Shown: positions 23,744-33,826, numbered from the stretch's first letter. The stretch is DNA of 64,000 bases from Spirochaetia bacterium (GCA_965208575.1 CBDBOV010000005.1:384001-448000); one strand, 5' to 3'. Notes: generated by a model from the letters alone, not told the origin. Numbers and translations: made by a program.

Positions 23744-26116
23744 TCATCCGGCGCGGGCGATGGCAGAGCGGAGTAGATCAAGTTCGGCGGCGTACGTGGC
23801 AGCCGTCGCTCCAAACCGTTCGGCGGCTCTTACCAGCAGGCGCATGTGCGTAACGTCCTCGGCATACTGTGCCAGCCGCCGCTGGTGACCGGCGCGGGTC
23901 TTGGTGCAGACCAGCGTGTACGGTCTGCCCTTGCGCTCGGTCTCGTGGAGCAGGTCGAGCCCGTTGTCGTCGATGATTCCGTGTACATGCCGGCGCAGTT
24001 CCTTGCGGAGTGGAAGGCGCAGTACGCGTTCCCGCGGGTCGGCGTAGAAGCGTTGCAGACGGCGGCAACGGGGGCAGTCGCACGGAATCGACGCGTCCAG
24101 CGCCCAGTCGCTCGGCGGTGTGGGTGGTAGTACGCTGCGAGTCAGCAGATAGCCGGCGGCATGGCGCCACAGCGTGTCGAATGCCGGGGCTGCCTTGGGA
24201 CGGTGCGTGAGGGTCGCAAGTTCCGACAGCGCAGCCGGCAGCGTCCGACCGGGCGGTGCGGCGGCCGGGTGCTCGACCAGCAGGGCGGCGGCGGCGTCCG
24301 ATTCCCCGGTCAGATCGAAGTGCCAGGCGAGGGCCAGCAGGTTGCGGATCGTGGCGGCATCCAGGGCAGGCGGAGGTTTGCGCGTAGCTCGATCCCGGCG
24401 CGTGTCGGTGTGCCGCTCGAGGGCGCCGGCGACGGTGCGCAACACGAGTTGCGTGGCGTGGAGCAGCGCCTCCTGCCGGTTGGCGTCCCGGACTTCGTTC
24501 GCAATCTCGACGAGCCGCCACACGAGGTCGATCACCCCGTCCGGCTGGTGCGCAAGATTCGCGCCGATGAAGTCCGGCAGCCAGTCGCGGAGCGCTGCCG
24601 GGAGAACCACCGTGGCAAGCGCCGCGTTCAGCCCGCCCGAGTAGTTCGCGGTGACAACGTCGCGCAAGAAGCGGAGCGTGATGGACTGGTCACCAAGCCG
24701 GAACAGCAGCCGCAACGCGGCTTGGCAGCTCTGCTCGACTTCGGGCCGGCGCCCCGGCGGCGGCGCTGGCCACGTGTCGATTAGCTGCGCAGCAAGCCCT
24801 CGCAGGCGGACGTGCGCGGCGTCCGACCGGCCGCTGCGCTCCAACTCTTCGGCCACGCAGGCAACCATCGCACCGGCGCCAGCGGCCGCCAGGGTCGCAA
24901 GTGCCCTGTCTCGCGGCCACACCACCAGCGCTGCCGAGCGATACGCCCGCTCGATCTCGACGCCCGCGTTACCGGTGGCCTCGTTTACCCACTCATCATC
25001 CGGGTCGACGCCGTCCAGGGCTCCGGCGGGCAGCAGCTCACCGGCCCGCAAGCGCAGCTTGCCGTACGCCGGCTTGGCGTCATCCGGAGCTACCCAGCCA
25101 TCGAGCCAGTGATCGGAGTCGATCACCTCACCCGCTTCCAGGTCGCTGTCGGTCGGATCGTAACCATACGGCAGGTCCTGCGGGTGCTCGGCGGCGCACA
25201 CTTCCTCAATGTGGAGGATCGCCGCGTGCAGGGCACAGCCGGTGCGCCGTGCGGCCTTGACCAGGGTGCGGGCCACGGCGGCGTCGGTGTTCTTCAGGGC
25301 CGCGAACGAGAGTCCTTCCTCGCTGTACTCGTGATCCAGCAACCAGACGATTTTCTCCGCCCCGCCCGTGCTCCGGTCCCATTGCTTCAGCAGCGTGGCG
25401 ACACGCTCGGTCACCGCGTCGTAGTCCGGGGCTCGCTGCAGCGCACCGTCGCTCCCATCGCGCAACAGCAGTTGGTATACGAGGACGATGCGGTGACCGG
25501 TGACGACCGGCCTGGTTTCGTGGACGCAGTCGGCGTAGAACGCCGCGAACGCGAGTTCCGATGGATCTTCGGTGCGCAGGTCGATCACCGCTTCGTGGTG
25601 CTTGTGGCGGATGACCAGTTCGCCGCCCGTGCCGGCCACCGGCAGCGAGATCACCAGCGTGGCGACCATGCCGGTCGCCTTCTCGCTGTCGCGGTGGGCG
25701 CTGAAGAATCCTCCCGGCTCGTAGACCAGCAGCTTGTAGAGCCGCGCTTCGGTACGCTCGCGCGGGCAGCCCAGGCCGTCGGCGGCCCGGCCGACGATCT
25801 GCGACAGCGTGTCGTTCCATGCCCCGCCGCCCACGTCCACCTTGCCGGCGTCGATCTGCCAGCAGTCGCGCACCGAGCGGTCCAGCACGGTGTCCGGTCC
25901 CTTGCCGTATGGCGCCCGTTCGGCAACCGCCACCAGTGCGTCGGCTTGGGCGGGCGGCACCGGGAAGGAGATCAACCCGGCACCGGCAACCTCCAGGCGA
26001 GGCAGTGGCACGAACAGCCGGCCGTGTGTGCAGTACTCGCCGGGGCGGTCGATCGACTCTATCAACCCTTCAAGGGCCGACTGAGCCGGGTGGTATGCTA
26101 CGTCGAAGTTCGGCAT
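23744..26116 (-). CDS. Large 2OG-Fe(II) oxygenase-domain protein
   Basis: YKLLVY..GGFF.AHRDSEK (HxD), CVHETRPV (H), HRIVLVY (R); C-terminal CDCPRC. Confidence 0.85.
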   Translation of the reverse strand: MPNFDVAYHPAQSALEGLIESIDRPGEYCTHGRLFVPLPRLEVAGAGLISFPVPPAQADALVAVAERAPYGKGPDTVLDRSVRDCWQIDAGKVDVGGGAWNDTLSQIVGRAADGLGCPRERTEARLYKLLVYEPGGFFSAHRDSEKATGMVATLVISLPVAGTGGELVIRHKHHEAVIDLRTEDPSELAFAAFYADCVHETRPVVTGHRIVLVYQLLLRDGSDGALQRAPDYDAVTERVATLLKQWDRSTGGAEKIVWLLDHEYSEEGLSFAALKNTDAAVARTLVKAARRTGCALHAAILHIEEVCAAEHPQDLPYGYDPTDSDLEAGEVIDSDHWLDGWVAPDDAKPAYGKLRLRAGELLPAGALDGVDPDDEWVNEATGNAGVEIERAYRSAALVVWPRDRALATLAAAGAGAMVACVAEELERSGRSDAAHVRLRGLAAQLIDTWPAPPPGRRPEVEQSCQAALRLLFRLGDQSITLRFLRDVVTANYSGGLNAALATVVLPAALRDWLPDFIGANLAHQPDGVIDLVWRLVEIANEVRDANRQEALLHATQLVLRTVAGALERHTDTRRDRATRKPPPALDAATIRNLLALAWHFDLTGESDAAAALLVEHPAAAPPGRTLPAALSELATLTHRPKAAPAFDTLWRHAAGYLLTRSVLPPTPPSDWALDASIPCDCPRCRRLQRFYADPRERVLRLPLRKELRRHVHGIIDDNGLDLLHETERKGRPYTLVCTKTRAGHQRRLAQYAEDVTHMRLLVRAAERFGATAATYAAELDLLRSAIARAG

Positions 26117-26318
26117 GGTCCCTGTGCTGGCCGGGAGTGTAGCCCCCCCGACCGCCGCCGCGCCACCGACCGGCAAAGATGGAGCTCTCGCGGCGGGTCG
26201 GAACACACCTATCCGTGAGTCACTCCGCTCAAGTCCGGCGATCAGCCTTGGTTGAAGTCCCGCCGGCACGTTGCCGGGAGGGGCGGTACCGGGTAGCATC
26301 GTACCGCGAGGTACAGGG

Positions 26319-27242
26319 GTGGCATTCACCATAGCCGATGTTCGGGATCTGGTGCGGCTGCTGGACGAACGGCCGGAGTGGCGCGCCGAGGTGCGCCGCC
26401 AGCTTCTCACCGACGAGTTCCTGGCGCTGCCGGGTCAGGTCGTGGAGCAGCGGCGGGACATCCAGCGGATCGAAGAGCAGATTGCCGAGCAACGCCGGGA
26501 CATCCAGCGGATCGAAGGGCAGATTGCGGAGCAACGCCAAGACATCCAACGGATCGAAGGGCAGATTGCGGAGCAGCGCCGGGACATCCAGCGGATCGAA
26601 GAGCAGATTGCGGAGCAGCGGCGGGACATCCAGCGGATCGAAGAGCAGATCGCGGAGCATCGCCTGGAGATGGAGCGGCGCTTTCAGCGGATCGAGCAAG
26701 AGATGGTGGAGCAGCGGCGTGAGACCGACCGGCGTTTTCAGCAGGTCGAAGATCAGATCGCAGCCCTGACCCGTGCCGTCGACACCCTCGTAAATGACGT
26801 CGGCGAGTTGAAGGGAGACAGTCTGGAGCGCCGCTACCGGGAGAAGGCGCCCGCCTACTTCGGCCGTCTGTTGCGGCGTGCCCACGTCCTGACCAGCGAC
26901 GAACTCGACGAGTTGCTCGACGACGCCGTCGAGCGGGGCGTGTTGACCGAAAACGAGTACCACGAACTGACCTGGGCGGACGCCATCGTGCGCGGCCGCC
27001 GCCGCAGTGACCGCGCGCAGGTCGTGGCCGTCGCCGAGGTGTCGTGGGGGGTGGGAATCAAGGACGTGGAACGCGCGGTGCGCCGCGCGGACCTGCTCGC
27101 CCGCCTGGGCCTGACCACGCTACCGGTCGTGGGCGGCAAAGCGGTGACCAGGGAGGCCGCCGAGTTGGCCCGGCAGCAAGGGGTGTGGCAACTGTTCGAC
27201 GGCAGGCTGGTAGCCCCCGCCGCGGCCGGCGAACCCGGATAG
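26319..27242 (+). CDS. Coiled-coil repeat protein with a C-terminal restriction-endonuclease-like (PD-(D/E)XK-type) domain
   Basis: LVRLLDERPEWRAEVRR N-terminus; 14-aa repeats; LKG..LE..Y, WADAIVRG, AEVS, DVERAVRRA. Confidence 0.7.
   Translation: MAFTIADVRDLVRLLDERPEWRAEVRRQLLTDEFLALPGQVVEQRRDIQRIEEQIAEQRRDIQRIEGQIAEQRQDIQRIEGQIAEQRRDIQRIEEQIAEQRRDIQRIEEQIAEHRLEMERRFQRIEQEMVEQRRETDRRFQQVEDQIAALTRAVDTLVNDVGELKGDSLERRYREKAPAYFGRLLRRAHVLTSDELDELLDDAVERGVLTENEYHELTWADAIVRGRRRSDRAQVVAVAEVSWGVGIKDVERAVRRADLLARLGLTTLPVVGGKAVTREAAELARQQGVWQLFDGRLVAPAAAGEPG
26445..26654 (+). repeat. Five tandem 42-bp coding repeats (EQRRDIQRIEEQIA)
   Basis: GAGCAGCGGCGGGACATCCAGCGGATCGAAGAGCAGATTGCS units with mostly synonymous variation. 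Confidence 0.92.
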
Positions 27243-27463
27243 CACTGCAACCTCGCCGCCTGCCGGCGCTGCCCTTTGGCACATCCCGTCCGTTGCCGCG
27301 CAGCGCCGACCTCGTCGCTCACCCCTCGATGACCCGGAAGGCGATGTCGACTGCGGTAAACCGCGCCTCGCCGAGGCTGCCGGGCGGCGCGGCGCGGGCA
27401 GCAATCAGCGCTCCTTCCGCCGGCGCACACCGGAATCGGGAGAAGCGCGGCGGTGCGCCCGTG

Positions 27464-28519
27464 TCACCGCGCGAGGATGGCGCGCACCGTCGGCCTGTGG
27501 GTAACGCTCACCGGCACCTTGTGATCCCCGGTGAGGCGCAGCAGCGTGCGCCTGCCGCTGCGTACCGATCTGGTCACGTGGCGGGTAGCCACCCAGTAAC
27601 TGCGGTGCACCTGGATGCCGCGGTCACCGAGCTCGTCCACCGCGTCCGAGAACCGCATCTTGATGAGGCCCGAGCCGACGGTGGTGTGCACTTCGAGATA
27701 GTGATCCTCGCTCTTGATGTAGACGAGGTCCGTTCCCAGCCGATCAGGCAGTAGTTGCAGCACGGTGCCGACCCGCCCGGCGGGCCGTTGAGGAGCGCGT
27801 TCACGTGGGTCGGCAGGTCGCTGTTCCGCCGCCGGCATCTCGTCTCCTGGTTGCACCTGCGAATCCGCAGTTTCGGCCTGAGCGTCGGCCGAGGCGCCGT
27901 CGGGTGCAACGTCCGGCGACGGGCAGTTGGGTTCCGAGCGATGTTGTTCGGTCTTGTGTGCGACCGTGTCGGTCGCTCCGAGCGGCTCGCCCGCCGCATC
28001 GGCGGGCGCCCGGCCACCACCGGCATCCGTGGCCGACCGGCCATGCCTGATGCGTTGCCACATCATGTAGAAATAGAGAACGCTGCAGACCACGGTCGTG
28101 GTCGCGACCAGCAGATATACCTCGAGCGGGCCGAGCTCGGGTGGCAGGGTGCGGATGACCAAGCGGTCGATCATCAGCGTCCACGCCGTATTCGGGAGTG
28201 CCACGATCAACGCCGCCGTCACCACGCCCGCCAGTGCCTCGGCCGGATTTCGATAACGCAGCACATAGAGCGTCACGACGGTGAGTGAGTAGTGCACGGG
28301 CCATCCCTCGACGGCACAGAGCGCGCCGTATGCCCAGCGATCCAGGAGATCCGCTACCGAGTAGGAGCCGAGGGGGCCGATCAGTGAATACACGGACGCT
28401 ACCGTAAGGCAGGTGGCGATGGTGACCTTCACCATGCGCGCGCTCAGCATTTCGACATAGCCACGCTCCATCGTCGCCGGCCGAGTTCTCCCGGCGCGCG
28501 TGCCGGATGTGTCGGTCAC
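27464..28519 (-). CDS. Membrane-anchored LytTR regulator, paralog 1 (about 4 TM helices, linker, LytTR domain)
   Basis: Hydrophobic N-terminal half; C-terminal IKSEDHYLEVHT...RFSDA..EL...GIQVHRSYWV...VPVS. Confidence 0.9.
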   Translation of the reverse strand: MTDTSGTRAGRTRPATMERGYVEMLSARMVKVTIATCLTVASVYSLIGPLGSYSVADLLDRWAYGALCAVEGWPVHYSLTVVTLYVLRYRNPAEALAGVVTAALIVALPNTAWTLMIDRLVIRTLPPELGPLEVYLLVATTTVVCSVLYFYMMWQRIRHGRSATDAGGGRAPADAAGEPLGATDTVAHKTEQHRSEPNCPSPDVAPDGASADAQAETADSQVQPGDEMPAAEQRPADPRERAPQRPAGRVGTVLQLLPDRLGTDLVYIKSEDHYLEVHTTVGSGLIKMRFSDAVDELGDRGIQVHRSYWVATRHVTRSVRSGRRTLLRLTGDHKVPVSVTHRPTVRAILAR

Positions 28520-28617
28520 GTGGCTACCGACCGGGTACGCCGGTATCGTGCTGGGCAGGGATGCAACTCCCGTGACAACCGCCCCGAGCGGGGAACGGTT
28601 TGGCGATCCGCTCCGAT

Positions 28618-29807
28618 CTATCCATCGCTTCGGTCGAGAGCCCCCTCGTCCCTTGGAAGAATCCCACCGACCGCTTGCACGAGCCTCGTGAGTTCTGCGC
28701 GGCAGGACACCCCGAGCTTTGCGTAAGCCTGTTTGATATGCCAGCGCACGGTATGTTCCCCTCGCCCGATCGTCCCTCGGACTTCCCGGATCGATTTTCC
28801 CTCGGCGACCAGGGCCGCGACTTCGCTCTCGGCCGCCGACAGCCCGAGACTCGTTCTCAGCACGTGTCGATCAATTCGTCCCTGGTTGTTCGGTTCGATG
28901 GCCAGCACCAGCGCAGCCGGGCGCAGGGATCGGAAGCCGGTGTCCCGGTCCTCAACCGGCGTGACGTGCAGTGCGATCGATGATGGGTAGTTGTTTGGGC
29001 GCCTCACCAACAGAGACCCGCTCTCGCCTTGTCCTCCGAAGCGTGGCAGAGCTCGAACCAGCAGCCGTTGGAGGTCAGTGTTGTCGCTCGGCTCCGAGAG
29101 ATGGAGCAGCCCGGTGCGATCGGACAGAAGAGCCCCTTGGCGGAACAACTCCTGCGCGCGGTCGTTCGCTGCCACGACGCGTCTCCGTCGGTCGAGCTGA
29201 ATTACCCCTGCCCGGGTGTTGTCGAGGAGCCCCTCAAGCGTGGTCTGCAGAGCACGGGCTGCAACCAGTGCGTGACGCATCCGGACGAACTGACGAACGT
29301 GCGGCAGCAGTCGCTTGACCATGTCGATCTGACCGGTGGACCACCCGTTGCCGTCACTCGGATCTGCGATCCCCCAGACGATTCGTGACCCGCCAGGTCC
29401 ATCGAGGCGGACATTCAACCCGTCCTGGAAATGGTAGCGCGGCATTATCTCGTTGTAGGTCACCGACTGCTCCAACCGCGATTCGGAAAGCACAATTCGG
29501 TGACGTGGACAACCTTGCCGTCCGGCAGGCGCCTCAGTCGCGGCACGTGTTCATCCGCCGGGTAGTCGTTGGCAAGGTACTCCTGTTCCCATTCGCTGCG
29601 ATGCTCGCCTCGGTAGCAGAACCGCATGAAGAGTGGCTCGATGGCGTCGTTCCGCTCTGTCGTGTCTGTCGTGCGAAGTACCAGGTGATTGCCCTTGGCT
29701 ACGCAAGCCTCGTCGATGAGGGCAGACACGGCGACCCAGTGGGACTCGTCGAGCATTGCCTCATGCACACCGGCGAGGATGCGCTCGAACCTTTCTCGAG
29801 GGTTCAT
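28618..29807 (-). pseudogene. Sensor-domain plus LuxR-HTH transcriptional regulator, frameshifted near 29490
   Basis: The N-terminal ORF (MNPRERFERILAGVHEAMLD) and the C-terminal ORF (GLSAAESEVAALVAEG...TVRWHIKQAYAKLGVS) join across a frame change. Confidence 0.8.
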
Positions 29808-29957
29808 TTCGCTTCTTCCACCATGTCCTATTCTGGATCGAACGGTCGTTCCTGTCACTACCAGAATTGGTAGAAACAGCTATGTTTTGGAGCGGGGGGA
29901 TGCCGCGCCTCGGTGGTCTTCGAGTATGCGCCGGACGAGCGTGCGGTACGGCGGTAG

Positions 29958-31013
29958 TCAGCGGCGCAGGGCGGCACGCACTGCAGGCAGGTGGGTCACG
30001 CTCACCGGAACCCGGTGGTCTCCGGTGAGGCGCAGCAGCGTGCGCTTGCCGCTCCTGACCGATCTTGTGACGTGGCGCAATGCAACCCAGTAACTGCGGT
30101 GCACCTGAATGCCGCGGTCGCTGAGCTCGGCGACCGCGTCCGAGAATCGCATCTTGATCAAGCTCGACCCGGCGGTTGTGTGGACCTCGAGGTAGTGATC
30201 CTCACTCTTGATGTAGATGAGGTCGGTACCCAGTCTCTCGGGCAGCAGTCTCAGGAGAGCACTCGACCGGTCGGCCGGGCGTGGCGTGATGGATCGCTGC
30301 GGGACCACGACGGCCTGCTCCGCCGCCGGCCCTCCACCGTTACGTTCCCGCGGATTCGTCGAGTCGTCCTGGACGCCAACTGCAGGCGATGTGTCAGGCG
30401 ATGTGTCGCGGGAATCTGGCGGCTCGGGCCCAGTCGAACCCCCACCCTCGGAAGGCGGCGTCCCGTTTGCTTCGCTGGTGGTCGCAGGAATGGTGCGGAC
30501 CGTGCCCGTGGGCTCTGCGGGCGTTGTGTTTCTGACTCGCTGCCGCAGCAGGTACCAGGACAGCATGGTCCAGGCCCACGCCTGGACAGTGACCAGGAAA
30601 TACAATTGCAGGATGTCGAGTCTCTTGGAATAGGAGGGGTGAGCCAGAGACTCGACCGCGATTACCACCGCGCTCGCCGGAAGGGCCGAACACATCGTCG
30701 CGATCGTCAAGGCAATCCCTATCTGCAACGGCGTCCGGAAGCGAAAGAAGTACAGCGTTACCACTATCTGAGAATAGAAAATGGGCCAACACACACAGGC
30801 ATACAGCAACCCGAACGCCAAGCGTTCCGGCAGCGCCAGAGCGTCGAAAGAACCAGCCGGGCCCACGAGCGACAAGATGAAGACGAAGGCGCCACTCAAG
30901 GCGACGTTGACGCGGACCGTGTGCCCACTGAGCATTTCCCGATAGCATTGCAGCATCGATCCTCGTACATGCTTGCTGTTCGGCGGGCGCGTTGCTGGAG
31001 TCGTTCTCATCAT
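29958..31013 (-). CDS. Membrane-anchored LytTR regulator, paralog 2
   Basis: Same architecture as paralog 1; near-identical LytTR domain. Confidence 0.9.
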   Translation of the reverse strand: MMRTTPATRPPNSKHVRGSMLQCYREMLSGHTVRVNVALSGAFVFILSLVGPAGSFDALALPERLAFGLLYACVCWPIFYSQIVVTLYFFRFRTPLQIGIALTIATMCSALPASAVVIAVESLAHPSYSKRLDILQLYFLVTVQAWAWTMLSWYLLRQRVRNTTPAEPTGTVRTIPATTSEANGTPPSEGGGSTGPEPPDSRDTSPDTSPAVGVQDDSTNPRERNGGGPAAEQAVVVPQRSITPRPADRSSALLRLLPERLGTDLIYIKSEDHYLEVHTTAGSSLIKMRFSDAVAELSDRGIQVHRSYWVALRHVTRSVRSGKRTLLRLTGDHRVPVSVTHLPAVRAALRR

Positions 31014-31188
31014 TATTCCTGAGCACTTATCTTATCGGCACGTTCACGATCGTGCAGTGGATATGGACTCCGAGTGTCCCCTATCCGGCTCACACCGTCA
31101 AGCAGCTCCGATTCATGATCGCAAGGTGTCGTCATTCTACCAAGCGACCCTTAAACACGTGTGATCCTCCATGTATTGTTGTCTGATC

Positions 31189-31307
31189 GTTCGCGTTTCA
31201 GCGTAACCGCGCATTCATGTTCGCGATTCAGCGGTTCCGCGAACAAATTCGCGGGACGCGAATCATTCCAATTCCGGGTTCGCGAACATTCGTCGGGTTT
31301 CGCGAAC
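31189..31307. promoter_or_regulatory. Cluster of TTCGCGAA-type palindromes (putative operator array)
   Basis: Perfect copies at 31279 and 31299; partial copies at 31190, 31220, 31236, 31248 and 31255; lies in a divergent intergenic region. Confidence 0.6.
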
Positions 31308-31678
31308 TAAAGCCCTCCTTCACGCACAAGATCGTTTGTCACTGACCGGAATTTTGTTAGCCTCGTGCCACGCAAGCAGGAAATGCGGTTGTTCATCTGA
31401 CCCCTTCCGCTTGCAGGAGGGCAGGCGCGAAGGACCTGCAGCGATCGCAAGCATAGCTTGGGCGCTGCACGCAGCTTGTCCGTTCAGGGCATTCGTTGTT
31501 GCCAGATCAGCGCAGCGCTGAGACGACTGGCAAGAACGAATATGTCCATAGAAATCCGTGTCGGGGCAGGAGGTTTTGTGTACGACGTATACCGACATTC
31601 CCAATTTGTACTGACAGGGCGCGCAGTGCGGCTGTGCGCCATCGCGACGGGCTTAATCTCACAATGCGGAGGGATAAC

Positions 31679-33736
31679 ATGAAGGAATGGGGCGTAATCA
31701 AACGAATTGCGCTGCTGATGGTGGTCGCGGCCCTGGGGTTCGCGATGGTGGCTTGCCAGGGCGCCGTAGGGCCATCTGGCGATGAGGGTGGCCAGGGACA
31801 AACCGGTAAGACCGGAGGGGTAGCACCCGCTGTCACCGCGGACGGCGTGAGAGCGCATGGCGGGTACACCTTTGAGGTAAGTGAAGACACGTACAACTGG
31901 TACCGAGTCAACAGGTGGTTCTCCGACCCTGACGCCACAGCCGAGACTGCTGCGCTGGAGTTCAGCGTGGACTCGTCGAACCGGAAAGTCGCGACGGCAG
32001 AACTGGTGACGGTACAGGTTACCGAGGACGACGAAACAACTACTTACATTCATCTGCACGTGACCACCGTGGCAACTGGCAGAGCCGATGTCACGGTTAC
32101 TGCGACGGACCCCGATGACCTGTCGGTCAGTGTCGTTCTGAGGCTCACCATCGAGGAAGCGGACCCGACGGACCCGACGGACCCGACGGATCCGACGGAC
32201 CCGACGGACCCGGAAGAGGGAACTACTGCTGTCGGAACCATCGATGACGTAGCGGTAGACGTTGGTGCAACCACCGACGTGGACGTTGCTGACAACTTCA
32301 GCGGCGACGGCCTCACCTATAGCGCCGAGTCGTCCGACACCGAGGTGGCGACCGTAGCCGTCGCCGGCAGCATGGTGACCGTAACCGGTGTGGCCGACGG
32401 TACCGCAACGATTACGGTGACCGCGACCGATGCCGACGACGAGACGGCCGAGCAATCGTTCGACGTCACGGTCGGCGAGGGCGATCCCGAAGAGGTCACG
32501 GATGTCAGCAGCGACTGCGGCACGCTCGACGTTGGCGACACCTGCAAGGTGATGGCTCCGGACGGCAACACCGTAAAGAGCGGAAACAGCAACCTGTTGA
32601 CCGTTACAAAGAAGGACGGCTACTGGGAAGTCCTGGCCATTGCGAAGGGAAAGACCACGGTCGAAGTGCGCAACTCGGACACCAACGCCTTGGTGGAGAC
32701 AATAGATGTGCAAGTCAATAACCAGGCTCCCAAGCGCAAGGGCGCGAATCCCGGATTGCACCAGTTGGCGATGGCTTCCACCGCGGTAGCCTCTCTGGAG
32801 ACGCCAGATTATCCGGATGACGGCGCCGATCCTCTGTTCAAGGATGACGATGGCGACCCGATATTCGTGAACAGCCCCAAGGAACCTCTCTTCAAGATCG
32901 TGGTGAGCAAGGCCGCTAACGCAGCTGCACTCAACCTCGACGACTATTTTACGGATCCTGACGGCGACGACATCAGGTTCACCGCGAAGTCAAGTCATCC
33001 CGAGCGAGCTATCGTCGTTGGTTACAACGAGGTCGCGGACGGGACTACCGAGGTGTTGGTTGACGTGCTCCACAACACGGGGGACGAGGTCACCTTCACC
33101 TTCAGTGCCACGGACAATGATGACGAGCGTGCGCAGTCGGCCGATGACAACTCGCTGCTCTTGCGCGTGGAGTTGAAGCCGGTGCTCAGTTGGAGATACG
33201 ACGTTGAACAGTATGATGCGCCGCAGAACTTCAACTTCCACAACCCCAAGGACGTGGACTATCGCAGGAATAACCCTGACAACCACAACGATCCGGCGGA
33301 TCCGGGACGTGACGGCTGGCACCAGTTGGTGTTCACCGGAGACGCAAACGCCGAAGCCGGGTTCAAGTTTGCACAACACATAGCAGGTGCGGACGGGGCG
33401 GACCACAACAAGATCTGCGGCGTCGGTCTGGACACCCCAATTCCAGCCAACAGGCTTGAAGAGGGAACCGCGGAAATGTCGTGCTACGTGGTTACATCGT
33501 CCGACACGTCGATCGTCAAGATCGGAGCTCCGACCAAGACACCTCCGGGTCTGGAGCAGGACGATGGTACGGGCACCGATCCAGGCACTCATACCATCAA
33601 CTTTCAGGTTCTCAAGCCCGGTAACGTCACCATCACGGTCACCTACAAGGCTTGGGGGGCTGAGGCCGACGGTACCCCGCTGACCGAGGACAGCAAGGAT
33701 CTTTCGGTTCGGGTGAACGAAGTACCGGAGCCGTAG
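31679..33736 (+). CDS. Large acidic surface lipoprotein with Ig-like/cadherin-like repeats
   Basis: Signal peptide with lipobox MVA-C; short Gly-X-Y stretch; repeated SS...VATV / VTVTATD / F.DPD motifs; GGAGG RBS. Confidence 0.82.
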   Translation: MKEWGVIKRIALLMVVAALGFAMVACQGAVGPSGDEGGQGQTGKTGGVAPAVTADGVRAHGGYTFEVSEDTYNWYRVNRWFSDPDATAETAALEFSVDSSNRKVATAELVTVQVTEDDETTTYIHLHVTTVATGRADVTVTATDPDDLSVSVVLRLTIEEADPTDPTDPTDPTDPTDPEEGTTAVGTIDDVAVDVGATTDVDVADNFSGDGLTYSAESSDTEVATVAVAGSMVTVTGVADGTATITVTATDADDETAEQSFDVTVGEGDPEEVTDVSSDCGTLDVGDTCKVMAPDGNTVKSGNSNLLTVTKKDGYWEVLAIAKGKTTVEVRNSDTNALVETIDVQVNNQAPKRKGANPGLHQLAMASTAVASLETPDYPDDGADPLFKDDDGDPIFVNSPKEPLFKIVVSKAANAAALNLDDYFTDPDGDDIRFTAKSSHPERAIVVGYNEVADGTTEVLVDVLHNTGDEVTFTFSATDNDDERAQSADDNSLLLRVELKPVLSWRYDVEQYDAPQNFNFHNPKDVDYRRNNPDNHNDPADPGRDGWHQLVFTGDANAEAGFKFAQHIAGADGADHNKICGVGLDTPIPANRLEEGTAEMSCYVVTSSDTSIVKIGAPTKTPPGLEQDDGTGTDPGTHTINFQVLKPGNVTITVTYKAWGAEADGTPLTEDSKDLSVRVNEVPEP
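32162..32212 (+). repeat. 9-bp tandem repeat GACCCGACG x5.7 (DPT linker)
   Basis: Directly visible in the sequence. Confidence 0.92.
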
Positions 33737-33758
33737 GAGATAGAAGAGATTGAAAACC

Positions 33759-33826
33759 GGGGCCACCAGAGCTTGTGCGGTATGGTCTAGACCTCCTGCC
33801 CGCTCGCGTCTGGTGGCCCTTTTCTT
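33759..33826 (+). terminator. Putative rho-independent terminator after the lipoprotein
   Basis: GGGCCACCAGA...TCTGGTGGCCC stem followed by TTTTCTT. Confidence 0.65.

Noticed and set aside
26445-26654. 42-bp repeats as a CRISPR array
   Set aside because: The units are contiguous with no unique spacers, stay in frame and vary mostly synonymously; no cas genes are present.
27243-27463. Possible 3' gene remnant on the minus strand (...FTAVDIAFRVIEG-stop)
   Set aside because: Too short, with no recognisable motif.
27480-30250. Near-identical LytTR 3' segments as a DGR template/variable repeat pair
   Set aside because: Both copies lie in full genes, the differences are not adenine-specific, and there is no reverse transcriptase in the window.
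31320-31678. Riboswitch in the long lipoprotein leader
   Set aside because: Several hairpins are possible, but I recognise no known aptamer consensus; an Infernal scan is needed.
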